From Patescibacteria group bacterium (GTDB lineage Bacteria > Patescibacteriota > Patescibacteriia > JAHIZJ01): 64,000 bases of DNA. The stretch lies in NCBI GenBank assembly GCA_041650335.1, contig JBAZLK010000001.1, positions 36,940 through 100,939 on the forward strand, in the 5' to 3' direction. Both the position numbers and the translations under genes were made by a program. The notes under the pieces are model-generated. The model did no database searches, was not told where the DNA came from, and saw only the letters and a program-made list of their open reading frames with translations. This document shows positions 1 through 8,789 of this stretch, one piece after another (the stretch's first letter is position 1; the number at the start of each line of letters is the position of its first letter).

Positions 1-1
1 T

Positions 2-451
2 CAAATAACGAAATACATCTATCTCAGCACGCGCCTGTATACGCGCAAGGATCTGGAACAGATTTTACGTTTGGGCGTGCAGGCGAATGTCGATCTTGAG
101 ATGGAAAAAATGGATCGGCCGAAAGACCTTCTGGCTTATCTCTGGATTCCGGTCAAGGATTTTAACTCGCCGTCGTTGGAACAGTTTTTTTTGGGAGTCG
201 ATTTTATCGACCAGCTGGTGCGGCGTCGGATTAAAACCATTGTGCATTGCAATGTCGGGTACGGCCGAGCGCCGACACTGGTTGCGGCCTACTTGATGGC
301 GATAAAAGGGTATTCCTTGAAACGCGCCATAACGTTTTTAAGCCACAAGCGTCCGGGTGTCCACCCGAGTCCGGGGCAGATTCGCGGCATGAAAGCGTTT
401 ATCCGCGCTTTTCGGTTAACCCAGAAAAGCAAGAGCAAAGTGGTCATATAG
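2..451 (+). CDS. Dual-specificity protein phosphatase (5'-truncated by window edge)
   Basis: The frame is open from base 2 (QITKYIYLS...). It contains the CX5R P-loop HCNVGYGRAPT, an upstream general-acid loop (IPVKDF) and the AYLM...KRP helix typical of DSPs. Confidence 0.85.
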   Translation, partial: QITKYIYLSTRLYTRKDLEQILRLGVQANVDLEMEKMDRPKDLLAYLWIPVKDFNSPSLEQFFLGVDFIDQLVRRRIKTIVHCNVGYGRAPTLVAAYLMAIKGYSLKRAITFLSHKRPGVHPSPGQIRGMKAFIRAFRLTQKSKSKVVI

Positions 452-516
452 AACTCACGCGCCGACGGCCAGAGATTGTTCTAGCCGTTTTTGTATTTTC
501 CCGGTATACTAGCACT

Positions 517-1215
517 ATGCGCCTTCATGTTTTTTTAGCCAAATCCGGCATTGCCTCACGGCGGACCTGCGAAGAATACATTCGCCGCGGCTTTGTCACG
601 GTGAACGGAAAGAAAGTAACGGCCATGGGCGTGACGGTCGAGCCAGGAAAAGATGTGGTCGAATATAAACACCGGGTCGTGACACTGGCTCAATTGCCCC
701 GGCTGATTGCCTATTATAAACCCGTCGGGGTTGTTTCGACGATGCAGCGGAGTCAAGAACGGGGTAAATCGCTGAGCGAAGCGCTGCCGTTTCCTGAACG
801 GCTTTTTCCGATCGGCCGACTTGATAAGAATTCTGAGGGCTTGTTGTTGCTCACCAATGACGGCGCGCTGGCGCTCCAATTAAGCCATCCGCGCTACGAA
901 CACGAAAAAGAATATGAAGTGACGGTGGCGCGGCGGTTGGAACCGAATGAGCTTGAACGGCTGCGTCAACCTTTCTCGCTCGACGGCTATCGAACCAAGG
1001 CAGCGCAGATTGAGCCAGTCGGTGAGCGGACCTATCGTATTATCTTACATGAAGGTCGAAAACGACAGATTCGACGGATGTGCGAAAAAATAGGCGTCCC
1101 TGTTCTGCGACTCATTCGCGTGCGCCTGGGGCCGTTCGCGCTCGGCACGCTCCAACCGGGAGCTTGGCACGAGCTTGATATTCAGCAGGCCCAGCAAGTG
1201 CTTGCCGAAACATGA
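517..1215 (+). CDS. rluB: rRNA pseudouridine synthase, RsuA/RluB family
   Basis: S4-like N-terminus MRLHVFLAKSGIASRR, catalytic GRLDKNSEGLLLLTNDG and EGRKRQIRRM motif. ATG at 517 was chosen over the upstream in-frame extension. Confidence 0.85.
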   Translation: MRLHVFLAKSGIASRRTCEEYIRRGFVTVNGKKVTAMGVTVEPGKDVVEYKHRVVTLAQLPRLIAYYKPVGVVSTMQRSQERGKSLSEALPFPERLFPIGRLDKNSEGLLLLTNDGALALQLSHPRYEHEKEYEVTVARRLEPNELERLRQPFSLDGYRTKAAQIEPVGERTYRIILHEGRKRQIRRMCEKIGVPVLRLIRVRLGPFALGTLQPGAWHELDIQQAQQVLAET

Positions 1216-1886
1216 TACCGCTACGCGATCACAATCCATCGGGAAAAACCCCATATGTAACGTACGGCCTGATTTGTGTCAACGTCGCCGTTTTTGTCTA
1301 TATGCTGACCCTTGGCAGCGGGGTTGATGCGTTTATTGGCCGCTATGCGCTTACGCCGGCCGACATCCTGCGCGGAACGGGTTGGCTAACGTTCATCACC
1401 TCGATGTTTATTCACGGCGGCTTTTTACATATCATCGGGAACATGCTTTTTTTGTACATCTTCGGCGATAATCTGGAAGCGTATCTCGGACGGATCAAAT
1501 ATATCGCCTTTTATCTCGCGAGCGGTATTGTTGCCTCGGCTGCGCAATTTCTCATCGCGCCGCATTCCACGGTTCCGCAAATTGGCGCCTCGGGCGCGAT
1601 CGCCGGCATCATGGGCGCGTATCTGGCCCTCTTCCCAGACGCAAAAATCGAAACGCTCTGGATCCTCGGCTTTTGGATCCAGCGGGTCACGGTGTCAGCC
1701 CGATTCATGTTGCTCTATTGGATTATTTTCGAGTTCATTTACGGCTTTGGCAGCATCGGTGCGCAGGGCGGCGTCGCCTATTTCGCGCATATCGGCGGTT
1801 TTGTATTCGGCTACGGATTGATGAAAATCTCCGCCCGCAATCAGGGAAGAAAGATTCCGCCGCCGACTCGATACTTCTATCAGTGA
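1212..1886 (+). CDS. Rhomboid intramembrane serine protease
   Basis: HGGFLHIIGNM, GASGA (catalytic Ser) and AHIGG (catalytic His) motifs, with multiple hydrophobic segments. Confidence 0.9.
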   Translation: MIPLRDHNPSGKTPYVTYGLICVNVAVFVYMLTLGSGVDAFIGRYALTPADILRGTGWLTFITSMFIHGGFLHIIGNMLFLYIFGDNLEAYLGRIKYIAFYLASGIVASAAQFLIAPHSTVPQIGASGAIAGIMGAYLALFPDAKIETLWILGFWIQRVTVSARFMLLYWIIFEFIYGFGSIGAQGGVAYFAHIGGFVFGYGLMKISARNQGRKIPPPTRYFYQ

Positions 1887-1896
1887 TGTTGAGTGC

Positions 1897-1925
1897 TTGA
1901 CAGGAAGAGCGAAATCCTATTAGAT
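1897..1925 (+). promoter_or_regulatory. Putative sigma70 promoter for fabH (TTGACA-N17-TTAGAT)
   Basis: Perfect -35 box. The same TTGACA-N17-TTAGAT arrangement occurs upstream of purH at 4640. Confidence 0.5.
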
Positions 1926-2040
1926 ACAGACGAAAATAGCAGTGTTGCTCGATAGATTCGGGGACGATCTTTGTCATTGTCCATTCACTCACGGCTTCGG
2001 TTACCGGCGGGGCGCTACTCAGTCTCGCAGGAGGCATGTC

Positions 2041-3159
2041 ATGCCAGGTGTTAGGATTACGGGCATCGGTTCCTATGTCCCTGATGGGGCGGTAGTGAAT
2101 GCGGTGCTATCAGAACAGATGAACAAAGTGCTGCGCGGATTAGCTGACGAGGGCAGGATTGATCCAGCGGCGCTGCGCGGTCTCGAGTGTGATCCGAACT
2201 GGATCGTTGAGCGGACCGGCATTAAAGAGCGCCGTATTGCCGCACCCGAACAGGCCACGAGCGATCTGGCGGTGATGGCGATCCGTCAATGCTTGACTCG
2301 TTCCAGGTACTGGCCGATGGACGGCAGCGCGCTGGTCGTCGGCACGGTCATGGGCGATGAGCCGATTACGCCGTCCACGGCGGCCCGGGTTCAGCACGGG
2401 CTGAGCTTGCCGGTCCGGCATCCAGACGGTCGGTTAGTCGATCGGATGACCTGCGACACTAGCTCTGCCTGCACGAGTTTCGGCGCGGCGCTATTTCTGA
2501 TGGAATCGTTAATTCGTTCGGGTAATCGAAGCGGTGGCGTCGCGGTTGGCGCAGATGTCGGATCGCGACTGGCCAACCAGCGGGTTCGCGGCATCGCGCC
2601 AATCCTGGCCGACGCAGGTTTTGCCATGAGCCTGGAGGCAACCAAGGATCCGGCGCTGGACTGTTTTCTGCCCGACGGCCGGAGTTTCTTCTTCGGGTGC
2701 GACGGTGGGTTTGCCGAAGAGATCATCTGTCGGGCCGGTGGAACCAGAAAACCGACGACTGCCGAGATGCGGGCCGATCCGCTCAACCAGGACCCGTACA
2801 TCTTCATGAACGGCAATTCGGTGTTCAGGAAAATCATTCGGCTGGTGCGCGACGAGGTCATTGGCCAGGCACTCGCCAAGGCCGGCCTCACCCTGGCGGA
2901 CATCGGTCTATTTGTGCTCCACCAAGCTAACCTACGGATGATCGAGCCGATCACGCAGGCGCTGGAGATCGGGGAGGATAGGACGTTCAATAACATTCAG
3001 ACGCGGGGGAACACGATCTCGGCTTCGGTAGGCTTGTGCCTAGATGACGCACAGCAGCAGGGGGTACTCAAGCCGGGGATGACGGTCATGCTGATCGTCT
3101 TCGGCGGCGGGTTCACCTGGGGGACGATCATCCTGAAGTGGCCGGAGCTAAGGGCGTAG
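2041..3159 (+). CDS. fabH: 3-oxoacyl-ACP synthase III (FabH/KAS III family)
   Basis: ITGIGSYVP, WIVERTGIKERR, catalytic Cys (SACTSF), His (HQANLRM), Asn (GNTISAS) and FGGGFTWG. SD GGAGG lies upstream of ATG 2041. Confidence 0.9.
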   Translation: MPGVRITGIGSYVPDGAVVNAVLSEQMNKVLRGLADEGRIDPAALRGLECDPNWIVERTGIKERRIAAPEQATSDLAVMAIRQCLTRSRYWPMDGSALVVGTVMGDEPITPSTAARVQHGLSLPVRHPDGRLVDRMTCDTSSACTSFGAALFLMESLIRSGNRSGGVAVGADVGSRLANQRVRGIAPILADAGFAMSLEATKDPALDCFLPDGRSFFFGCDGGFAEEIICRAGGTRKPTTAEMRADPLNQDPYIFMNGNSVFRKIIRLVRDEVIGQALAKAGLTLADIGLFVLHQANLRMIEPITQALEIGEDRTFNNIQTRGNTISASVGLCLDDAQQQGVLKPGMTVMLIVFGGGFTWGTIILKWPELRA

Positions 3160-3191
3160 CTGTTGAATCGTACAACCAACGAGGGGTTTGC

Positions 3192-3221
3192 GGGAGAGTC
3201 TTCGGACGGCTCCCTTTTTTC
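3192..3221 (+). terminator. Rho-independent terminator after fabH
   Basis: GGGAG...TTCG...CTCCC stem followed by a T-run. Confidence 0.65.
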
Positions 3222-3285
3222 TTGCCAAACGCCAGGTACTTTGGTATGATGCGGGCAAGAGTAATTATCCATAATTTTTTTTACC

Positions 3286-3507
3286 ATGAAAATACAAGTT
3301 CAACGCGATCTCTGCATCAGCGCCGCTTCATGCGTGGCGGTGGCGCCAGGGGTATTTCAGCTCGATACCGAGGGTAAGGTGTATGTTGTGGACCCAAAGG
3401 GCGCCGATGAAGCGACAATATTGGAAGCGGCTCGCTCGTGCCCGGTCCAGTGTATCACCATTACCGATGACGCCGGAAAACAATTGTATCCGGAAGCAGC
3501 AAAATAG
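3286..3507 (+). CDS. Single-cluster ferredoxin (3Fe-4S-type CxxAxxC...CP)
   Basis: CISAASC and SCPVQCI motifs in a 73-aa protein. Confidence 0.85.
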   Translation: MKIQVQRDLCISAASCVAVAPGVFQLDTEGKVYVVDPKGADEATILEAARSCPVQCITITDDAGKQLYPEAAK

Positions 3508-3539
3508 CACGTATAATAAATTCATCGTTGAGATAATCT

Positions 3540-3797
3540 ATGGTAGTAAATAAGAAAAAGAAGACGCCTCCAGCCAGCCGCACCGCAATCGAAAAGGCGA
3601 TTGAGGGTTTACGATCAGCGATCCAGGCGGATGGCGGCGATGTGTCATTCGTGAGTTTTCGGCAGGGCGTGGTCACGGTAGCCCTACAAGGCGCCTGCGC
3701 CACCTGTCCGCTTTCGACGCAAACACTGAAGCTCTATATCGAGCAACGACTGAGGCAAGAAGTGCCCGGGGTGAAAAAGGTCGAACAGCAAGTCTAA
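3540..3797 (+). CDS. nifU: NifU/NfuA C-terminal domain protein
   Basis: IQADGGDV...LQGACATCPLS...LK motif. Confidence 0.85.
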   Translation: MVVNKKKKTPPASRTAIEKAIEGLRSAIQADGGDVSFVSFRQGVVTVALQGACATCPLSTQTLKLYIEQRLRQEVPGVKKVEQQV

Positions 3798-3800
3798 TAA

Positions 3801-3887
3801 TTCGATGTTCCCCGAAATATCTTCTGGTACGGCCGTGAGGCAGTAGCACGAAGACATTTCGTCACCATACGGCTCTCTGACATCGAA
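3801..3887 (+). promoter_or_regulatory. Candidate structured leader RNA upstream of purN-like gene
   Basis: TTCGATGT(3801-08) pairs with ACATCGAA(3880-87). CGAAATATCTTC(3813-24) pairs with GAAGACATTTCG(3850-61). There is an inner GCC-GTGA-GGC GNRA hairpin, and the structure abuts SD AGGAGG. Confidence 0.45.
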
Positions 3888-3899
3888 AGGAGGTACCTG

Positions 3900-4568
3900 A
3901 TGAACGTGACCGTTGTCTCCAGCGGTCAGCGTTCACTCCTGGAAGCCTTGCGACAGCAACACCATTTTGACAAGGCAACCACGCAGCTTGTCTCTTGTCA
4001 TCCAGGGACGGAAGCGACCGATGGCATTCTTTCGTGGCTACCTGGCCAGCCTCTCCATACGGTGGCTGGCATTGACACGACCAGATGGCTCATCCTCATT
4101 CACTGTGGGCGCTGTCTGACGGCTGAAGAAATCCGAGCCTTTCCGACGGTGGTGCAAATCTTCCCCGGACCGATCGAGTTTTTGCGGGCCGACCTCGACG
4201 AGGTGGATGTTCAGGGGGTCGGTATTCAAGCGGCAATTCTGCGTTATCTCGAGTTGACCAAGCAGGATTCGGGACATACCTGCGTCACGGTGCTCTGGCA
4301 CTCAGTCGACGAAGCAAGTCAGATTGTATCGGTGCCAATCAGTGAAGTTTGGGTACCGGTCTTTCTGTCGGCGGTTGATCCCGAAGAACTGATGGATGAA
4401 CTCTGGTCGCGCGAAGCGCTTGAGTTGATTCATCTCAAGTGCGGGCGGACAGCGTTGAGGCCGCTCCCGGCAAACCGGATCCGACAGGCGGATTTCACGC
4501 GGACCAAGGAATTGGAGGTGGCATTGAGGTTTGGGAAAGACTATGCCCTGCGAACGCAGGCAGCTTGA
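3900..4568 (+). CDS. Degenerate PurN-like (GAR formyltransferase fold) protein
   Basis: N-terminus MNVTVVSSGQRSLLEAL resembles PurN (..ISGxGSNLQA). VVQIFPG replaces LNIHPS and HTCVTVLW resembles TGxTVH. It lies directly upstream of purH and has a strong SD. Confidence 0.5.
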   Translation: MNVTVVSSGQRSLLEALRQQHHFDKATTQLVSCHPGTEATDGILSWLPGQPLHTVAGIDTTRWLILIHCGRCLTAEEIRAFPTVVQIFPGPIEFLRADLDEVDVQGVGIQAAILRYLELTKQDSGHTCVTVLWHSVDEASQIVSVPISEVWVPVFLSAVDPEELMDELWSREALELIHLKCGRTALRPLPANRIRQADFTRTKELEVALRFGKDYALRTQAA

Positions 4569-4597
4569 GACATGGTGAGTCAGTCTGTTTTCAGCGA

Positions 4598-4638
4598 CCG
4601 CCTATGGGTTTCATACCCACGGGCGGATTTTATTTTTT
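4598..4638 (+). terminator. Rho-independent terminator after purN-like gene
   Basis: CCGCC.ATGGG/CCCA..GGCGG stem followed by TTTTATTTTTT. Confidence 0.6.
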
Positions 4639-4639
4639 A

Positions 4640-4668
4640 TTGACATAGGTAAAATCGTGTGGTTAGAT
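4640..4668 (+). promoter_or_regulatory. Putative sigma70 promoter for purH (TTGACA-N17-TTAGAT)
   Basis: Perfect -35 box, with spacing and -10 hexamer identical to the fabH promoter. Confidence 0.5.
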
Positions 4669-4723
4669 AGGGGCGTTCATGTTTCTGGCGAAGTGGAGTA
4701 AACGGTACGGAAGGAGGTACTGA

Positions 4724-6331
4724 ATGGCCTTTCCAAGACGGCCAAAGAACGCGCTTCTCGCGTCCTTCCAGAAGGACGAGCGGCTATCGGGGTTCGCCCA
4801 GGGGTTGCATGATCTGGGTTGGCAAGAGTGGGGTAGCGCGGGGACGGCAGAGTTCTTGATGGGTCAGGGTGTCGAAATCACCGACCTTGAGACTCTCACC
4901 GGTTTCCCGCCTCTGATGGATCACCGGCTGGCTACGCTGAGCCATCGGATTCATGGCGGCATCCTCTGCCGTGATGACCCGAGCGATATTAGCGATCTGG
5001 CTAAGCTAGGCGGCATTCCGTTCGGCCTGGTCTTCGTGGATCTCTATCCCGTTATGCGGGCGATCCGCGAAGGCAAGCCGTTCGAGGAAATCATCAGACT
5101 CATCGACATCGGCGGCCCGACTCTGCTGCGCGGGGCGGCCAAGGCGCACACGTATGGTTGCATCCCTGTATGCGACCTGGACGATTGTCAGATGGTACTC
5201 GGGCTGCTTGAGACCGACAGCCTGACCGACGACATACTTACCCAGCTAGCGCAGAAGGTGTTTGCCACCATGTCGGCCTACGACGGCGTGATCGCCGGGT
5301 ATCTGTCCGGACTCGGGCCGGTTCGTTCGCTCTATCTGCCGATGTTGCTGGGCGAACAGGCCCTCCGGTACGGCGAGAACCCGCATCAGGAAGCCTGGAT
5401 CTACCAGCTGCCAGGCGAAGATCTTTTGGCCTGGCACCGCTGGGAACTGCTCCAGGGAAAGCAGATGTCGTACAACAACTGGCGGGACTGGGACGCGGCG
5501 CTCCAGGCGCTCGGACATCTGGTCCGACCGAGCATGGAAGCGAGCGTCGTCATGAAGCACCGGAACCCGGTCGGCTGTCTCGTAACGGAGCAGGGAATCG
5601 AGGCGGGTGTGTTGCTTCAACGCGCCTGGGAAGGTGACGAGCTGGCGGCATTCGGCGGAGTGATCGGGTTGACGCTGCCGATCGATTTGCCGGCCGCTCA
5701 GTATCTCACCTCGAAGTTCGCGGAAGTGGTGATGGCGCCGGCTGTTACCGAAGAGGCTCGGGAGGTGTTGGCGCGGAAGCCTAATCTGCGCGTGCTCGTG
5801 AACCCGGCCTTGGGCGAGCTGCGTCATCATCCGGCGCCGGAATATGAGCATGTCCAGATCCGCGGCGGCGCACTCAGGCAGATGGCGAACCAGCATCATC
5901 TCGAGGCCAGCGATCTGTACCACGCGGCCGGACCCGAAATCGACCCAGCACTGATTCCCGATCTGCTGACCGCCTGGGCAATCTGCCAGTCGGCCGTGTC
6001 GAACACGGTCTGTGTCGTATGGGCGGGTCGTTTGCTCGGTATCGGCGCGGGTGATCCAGCTCGCGTTCAGGCGGCTCGGACGGCGGTTGAGGCGGCAGCC
6101 CGGCATACGGACAGCCATATGGCCCATTTCTCAGTGGCAGCATCGGACTCGTTCTTCCCGTTCCCGGACGGCGCTGAAGTGCTGATCGATGCTGGCGTGA
6201 AGGCGATTCTTCATCCGGGCGGTTCGGTCAAGGACAAGGACACGGAGGCGCTCTGCAACGCTCGCGGCGTGCCGCTCTACTACACCTCGGCTGATCCGAA
6301 GAACGCCATGATCCGGGCGTTTCGTCATTGA
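4724..6331 (+). CDS. purH: Bifunctional AICAR transformylase / IMP cyclohydrolase
   Basis: IDIGGPTLLR, LRYGENPHQ, SYNN, KH catalytic pair (MKHRNP), ASDSFFPFPDG, PGGSVKD and terminal RxFRH. Confidence 0.93.
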   Translation: MAFPRRPKNALLASFQKDERLSGFAQGLHDLGWQEWGSAGTAEFLMGQGVEITDLETLTGFPPLMDHRLATLSHRIHGGILCRDDPSDISDLAKLGGIPFGLVFVDLYPVMRAIREGKPFEEIIRLIDIGGPTLLRGAAKAHTYGCIPVCDLDDCQMVLGLLETDSLTDDILTQLAQKVFATMSAYDGVIAGYLSGLGPVRSLYLPMLLGEQALRYGENPHQEAWIYQLPGEDLLAWHRWELLQGKQMSYNNWRDWDAALQALGHLVRPSMEASVVMKHRNPVGCLVTEQGIEAGVLLQRAWEGDELAAFGGVIGLTLPIDLPAAQYLTSKFAEVVMAPAVTEEAREVLARKPNLRVLVNPALGELRHHPAPEYEHVQIRGGALRQMANQHHLEASDLYHAAGPEIDPALIPDLLTAWAICQSAVSNTVCVVWAGRLLGIGAGDPARVQAARTAVEAAARHTDSHMAHFSVAASDSFFPFPDGAEVLIDAGVKAILHPGGSVKDKDTEALCNARGVPLYYTSADPKNAMIRAFRH

Positions 6332-6399
6332 TCATTCGGGTTTCGCGGACGCGCACCTCTCGGTGTTCGCCCGCTTTTCTTTTTGGTATAATAAACAGT

Positions 6400-7836
6400 A
6401 TGTTGAATCCAAAGCGAGAATTATTTCGCTGGGGGCCGATACCGGGACGGCTCATATCGATCGATGACTGGAGCGCTATCTTCCAGCTCTACCCTGGGCG
6501 TTTACACCGTTTTTGCTGGTCTGATTCATACCAGATATTTCGAAATGGCGAGATGCTGTTTGTGTCAGATATGCATGATTTTGAACGAGTTGCCGGCCGG
6601 GTATTTCAGCAAATATTCGATCGTAAATCACTGACGCGCTACCAAAAGGCTTGGCGGACCAGCGTCCGCAATCTTTTCGACTACTGTCGGAGTATTACTG
6701 CTACTCGGTTGTCAGGGCTACCCGATCGCGCCCTGGAAACTGAATGGAAAAAATTTCACGAGCTGCTCAAACATTTTTGGGAACCGGCCGTCATTCCGGA
6801 ACTGGCGGCGTATGGCGGCGCACCGGAACTACGGCGGCTGTTAAGCCGGCACGGTTTGAATGGGGAAGCGCTGCAAACTGTTACCGCGAGGCTGTCAGCC
6901 CCGGAGCTTTTGTCATTTTATCAAGAGGAAGAACGCGACTTTCTGAAACTCTTTCGGCTGCGATCAAAAACAGCTCGGTATAAGGCTCTAAAAAACCACT
7001 ACCAGCGGTATAATTGGATAGAAAATTCCTATGGTGCCGTGCAATTCTTGACGCTGGCGGATTTCCAGCGGCAGTTGCGCGACCGAAAACAAGGCTGGTC
7101 ACAGCGTGCCCGCGCCATTGACCGCCACATTGCGACAGTACGTCGGGAAAAGGCTCGGGTGATAAGAGAATATCGGTTATCAAAGACGATCTGTCGGACG
7201 GCGGATAGGCTCAGCCTGGCTATCGGTTGGCAGGATGAGCGAAAGAAGCAGATCTTCCGGTATTTGCATTTTCAGGAATTGTTCCTGCGCGAATTTTCAC
7301 GCCGTTCTGGTGTGCCGCTGGTTCAGTTAAGCACAGCGATGGTATCTGAAGTCGTATCAAAACCGACTCGACAAAAAAAATACGAGTGGCGCCGAAGGTA
7401 TAAGTATCCCCACGTGCTCATATTAGGCCGGCGAGTTCATCGCGTTTTGAGCGGCGCGTCGGCGCGAAAAATTGTTCGGGATTTTTTCCAGACGCCGAAA
7501 CCGCTGCAGCGCAAAGAGTTAACCGGCATCGTTGCCCATTCAGGTTCAGCCAGGATCGTCGGACGCGTATTCGTCGTGCGCAATCACGAGCAACTAAAGC
7601 GCTTTCCGGCGGGCGCCATCCTGGTGAGCACGCAGACGGCCCCGGAATACGTAACCGCCATTCGAAAATCAAGGGCGATAGTGACTGATGCCGGCGGAAT
7701 CACCTCGCACGCGGCGATTGTGGCCCGGGAATATGACAAACCATGCATCGTTGGAACAAAATACGCGACCAGCATACTGCGAACAGGGGATCGTATTGCG
7801 GTTGACGCACGGAAGGGATTAGTGGTTAAGTTATAA
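6400..7836 (+). CDS. PEP-utilising enzyme mobile (phospho-His) domain protein with large N-terminal helical region
   Basis: C-terminal GAILVSTQT...VTDAGGITSHAAIVAREYDKPCIVG swivel-domain motif. ATG at 6400 follows a TATAAT box. Confidence 0.8.
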   Translation: MLNPKRELFRWGPIPGRLISIDDWSAIFQLYPGRLHRFCWSDSYQIFRNGEMLFVSDMHDFERVAGRVFQQIFDRKSLTRYQKAWRTSVRNLFDYCRSITATRLSGLPDRALETEWKKFHELLKHFWEPAVIPELAAYGGAPELRRLLSRHGLNGEALQTVTARLSAPELLSFYQEEERDFLKLFRLRSKTARYKALKNHYQRYNWIENSYGAVQFLTLADFQRQLRDRKQGWSQRARAIDRHIATVRREKARVIREYRLSKTICRTADRLSLAIGWQDERKKQIFRYLHFQELFLREFSRRSGVPLVQLSTAMVSEVVSKPTRQKKYEWRRRYKYPHVLILGRRVHRVLSGASARKIVRDFFQTPKPLQRKELTGIVAHSGSARIVGRVFVVRNHEQLKRFPAGAILVSTQTAPEYVTAIRKSRAIVTDAGGITSHAAIVAREYDKPCIVGTKYATSILRTGDRIAVDARKGLVVKL

Positions 7837-7859
7837 GGCTTACGATTAAGAAATACGGT

Positions 7860-8675
7860 ATGTCACTTTTTCAAACCCTTGAAGACAAAGCAAAACAAAA
7901 ACGCCGCCGGATCGGAATTTCCATCCTTCGTTGGAACGATCCGATTCGGGCCAGCTTGGAAAAAGCCAAAGCAATCGCCGATATTATCGTATATGGTGAC
8001 CCAAAATACGGCTTTAATGGCGTTACCAATGACAATCAGGAAGAGGTTGGTCGGCAGATGGTTCGGGATTATAAAGCGGGGAAGCTTGACCAATTCGTGC
8101 GCGGCCAGGTCGATGATTTCGGCACAGTCGATGAGTTTAAAAAGCAGTTTGGCGTTCCCGATGACCTAAGAAGATTCGGTCCGGCGCTGATGCGTGATGC
8201 TTTTGACCGCGAGTTCTGGATGATTCTCGTCTCTAATCCAGAAGGCCAAACCCTAGAGCAGAAAGTGAGGTATGCCGACGGCGTGCTGGCCTGGCTCAAG
8301 GAAATGTTCCCGTCATTTGTGCCGAAGGTGGCGGTGATGGCTACATGCCGGCCTGGCTCGGTTGGACGCGATCCGGTAATGACACAGAGCTACGAGCAGG
8401 CTGAGTCACTGGTCAGTCATCTATCCGGCGAAGGAATTGAGTCGAAAAATGTGCATATCGAGATCGAAAACGCGATTACCTGGTCAAATTTCATCATTCC
8501 GGCCAATGGCACAATCGGCAATCAGATTTTCCGGGCTCTCTGCTATCTCGGCAGAGGCAAAATTCTTGTCTGCCCGACAATACTGCCCGGCTACGGCATC
8601 TATGAAGACGACAGCCGGAACGAGGAGGATTGGTATCCACATATTGCGGCTGCAGCAGCCTATGTGAAAAAATAG
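7860..8675 (+). CDS. MtxX/methanogenesis marker 4-like protein (phosphotransacetylase-like fold)
   Basis: FVRG, EGxTxEQK, KVAVM..CR.GSVGRD, IEIENAI, IIPANGTIGNQIFRALCYLG and YEDDSR parallel the MtxX motifs I recall (EGxTxxDK, GGRxxDxGR, ILIEDA, APDGISGNLIFR, FVDTSR). Confidence 0.6.
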   Translation: MSLFQTLEDKAKQKRRRIGISILRWNDPIRASLEKAKAIADIIVYGDPKYGFNGVTNDNQEEVGRQMVRDYKAGKLDQFVRGQVDDFGTVDEFKKQFGVPDDLRRFGPALMRDAFDREFWMILVSNPEGQTLEQKVRYADGVLAWLKEMFPSFVPKVAVMATCRPGSVGRDPVMTQSYEQAESLVSHLSGEGIESKNVHIEIENAITWSNFIIPANGTIGNQIFRALCYLGRGKILVCPTILPGYGIYEDDSRNEEDWYPHIAAAAAYVKK

Positions 8676-8682
8676 TGACAAT

Positions 8683-8712
8683 AAAAAACCGGGCAGAGAA
8701 CTCGGTTTTTTG
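8683..8712. terminator. Bidirectional terminator between convergent genes
   Basis: AAAAAACCGGG...CTCGGTTTTTT. A second hairpin GAGGGCAA...TTGCCCTC lies at ~8726-8756. Confidence 0.65.
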
Positions 8713-8789
8713 GAAATAAAAAATGAGGGCAAAGTTCTTTGCAGAACTTGCCCTCGTGCGTAGTTGGCGGGAACAATGCCCGCCGTTGG

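Noticed and set aside
4675-4712. CTGGCGAA...GTGGAG upstream of purH resembling a ZMP/ZTP riboswitch
   Set aside because: The P2 stem and the 3' GCCxxCCGCCTGGGC pseudoknot element are missing, and the leader is too short.
5246-6127. 293-aa minus-strand ORF
   Set aside because: Antisense shadow of the GC-rich purH gene, with no motifs.
6351-6361. GCGCACCTCTC shared with the REP-like hairpin at 63800
   Set aside because: An 11-nt match inside the purH terminator-like hairpin with different flanks; compatible with chance.
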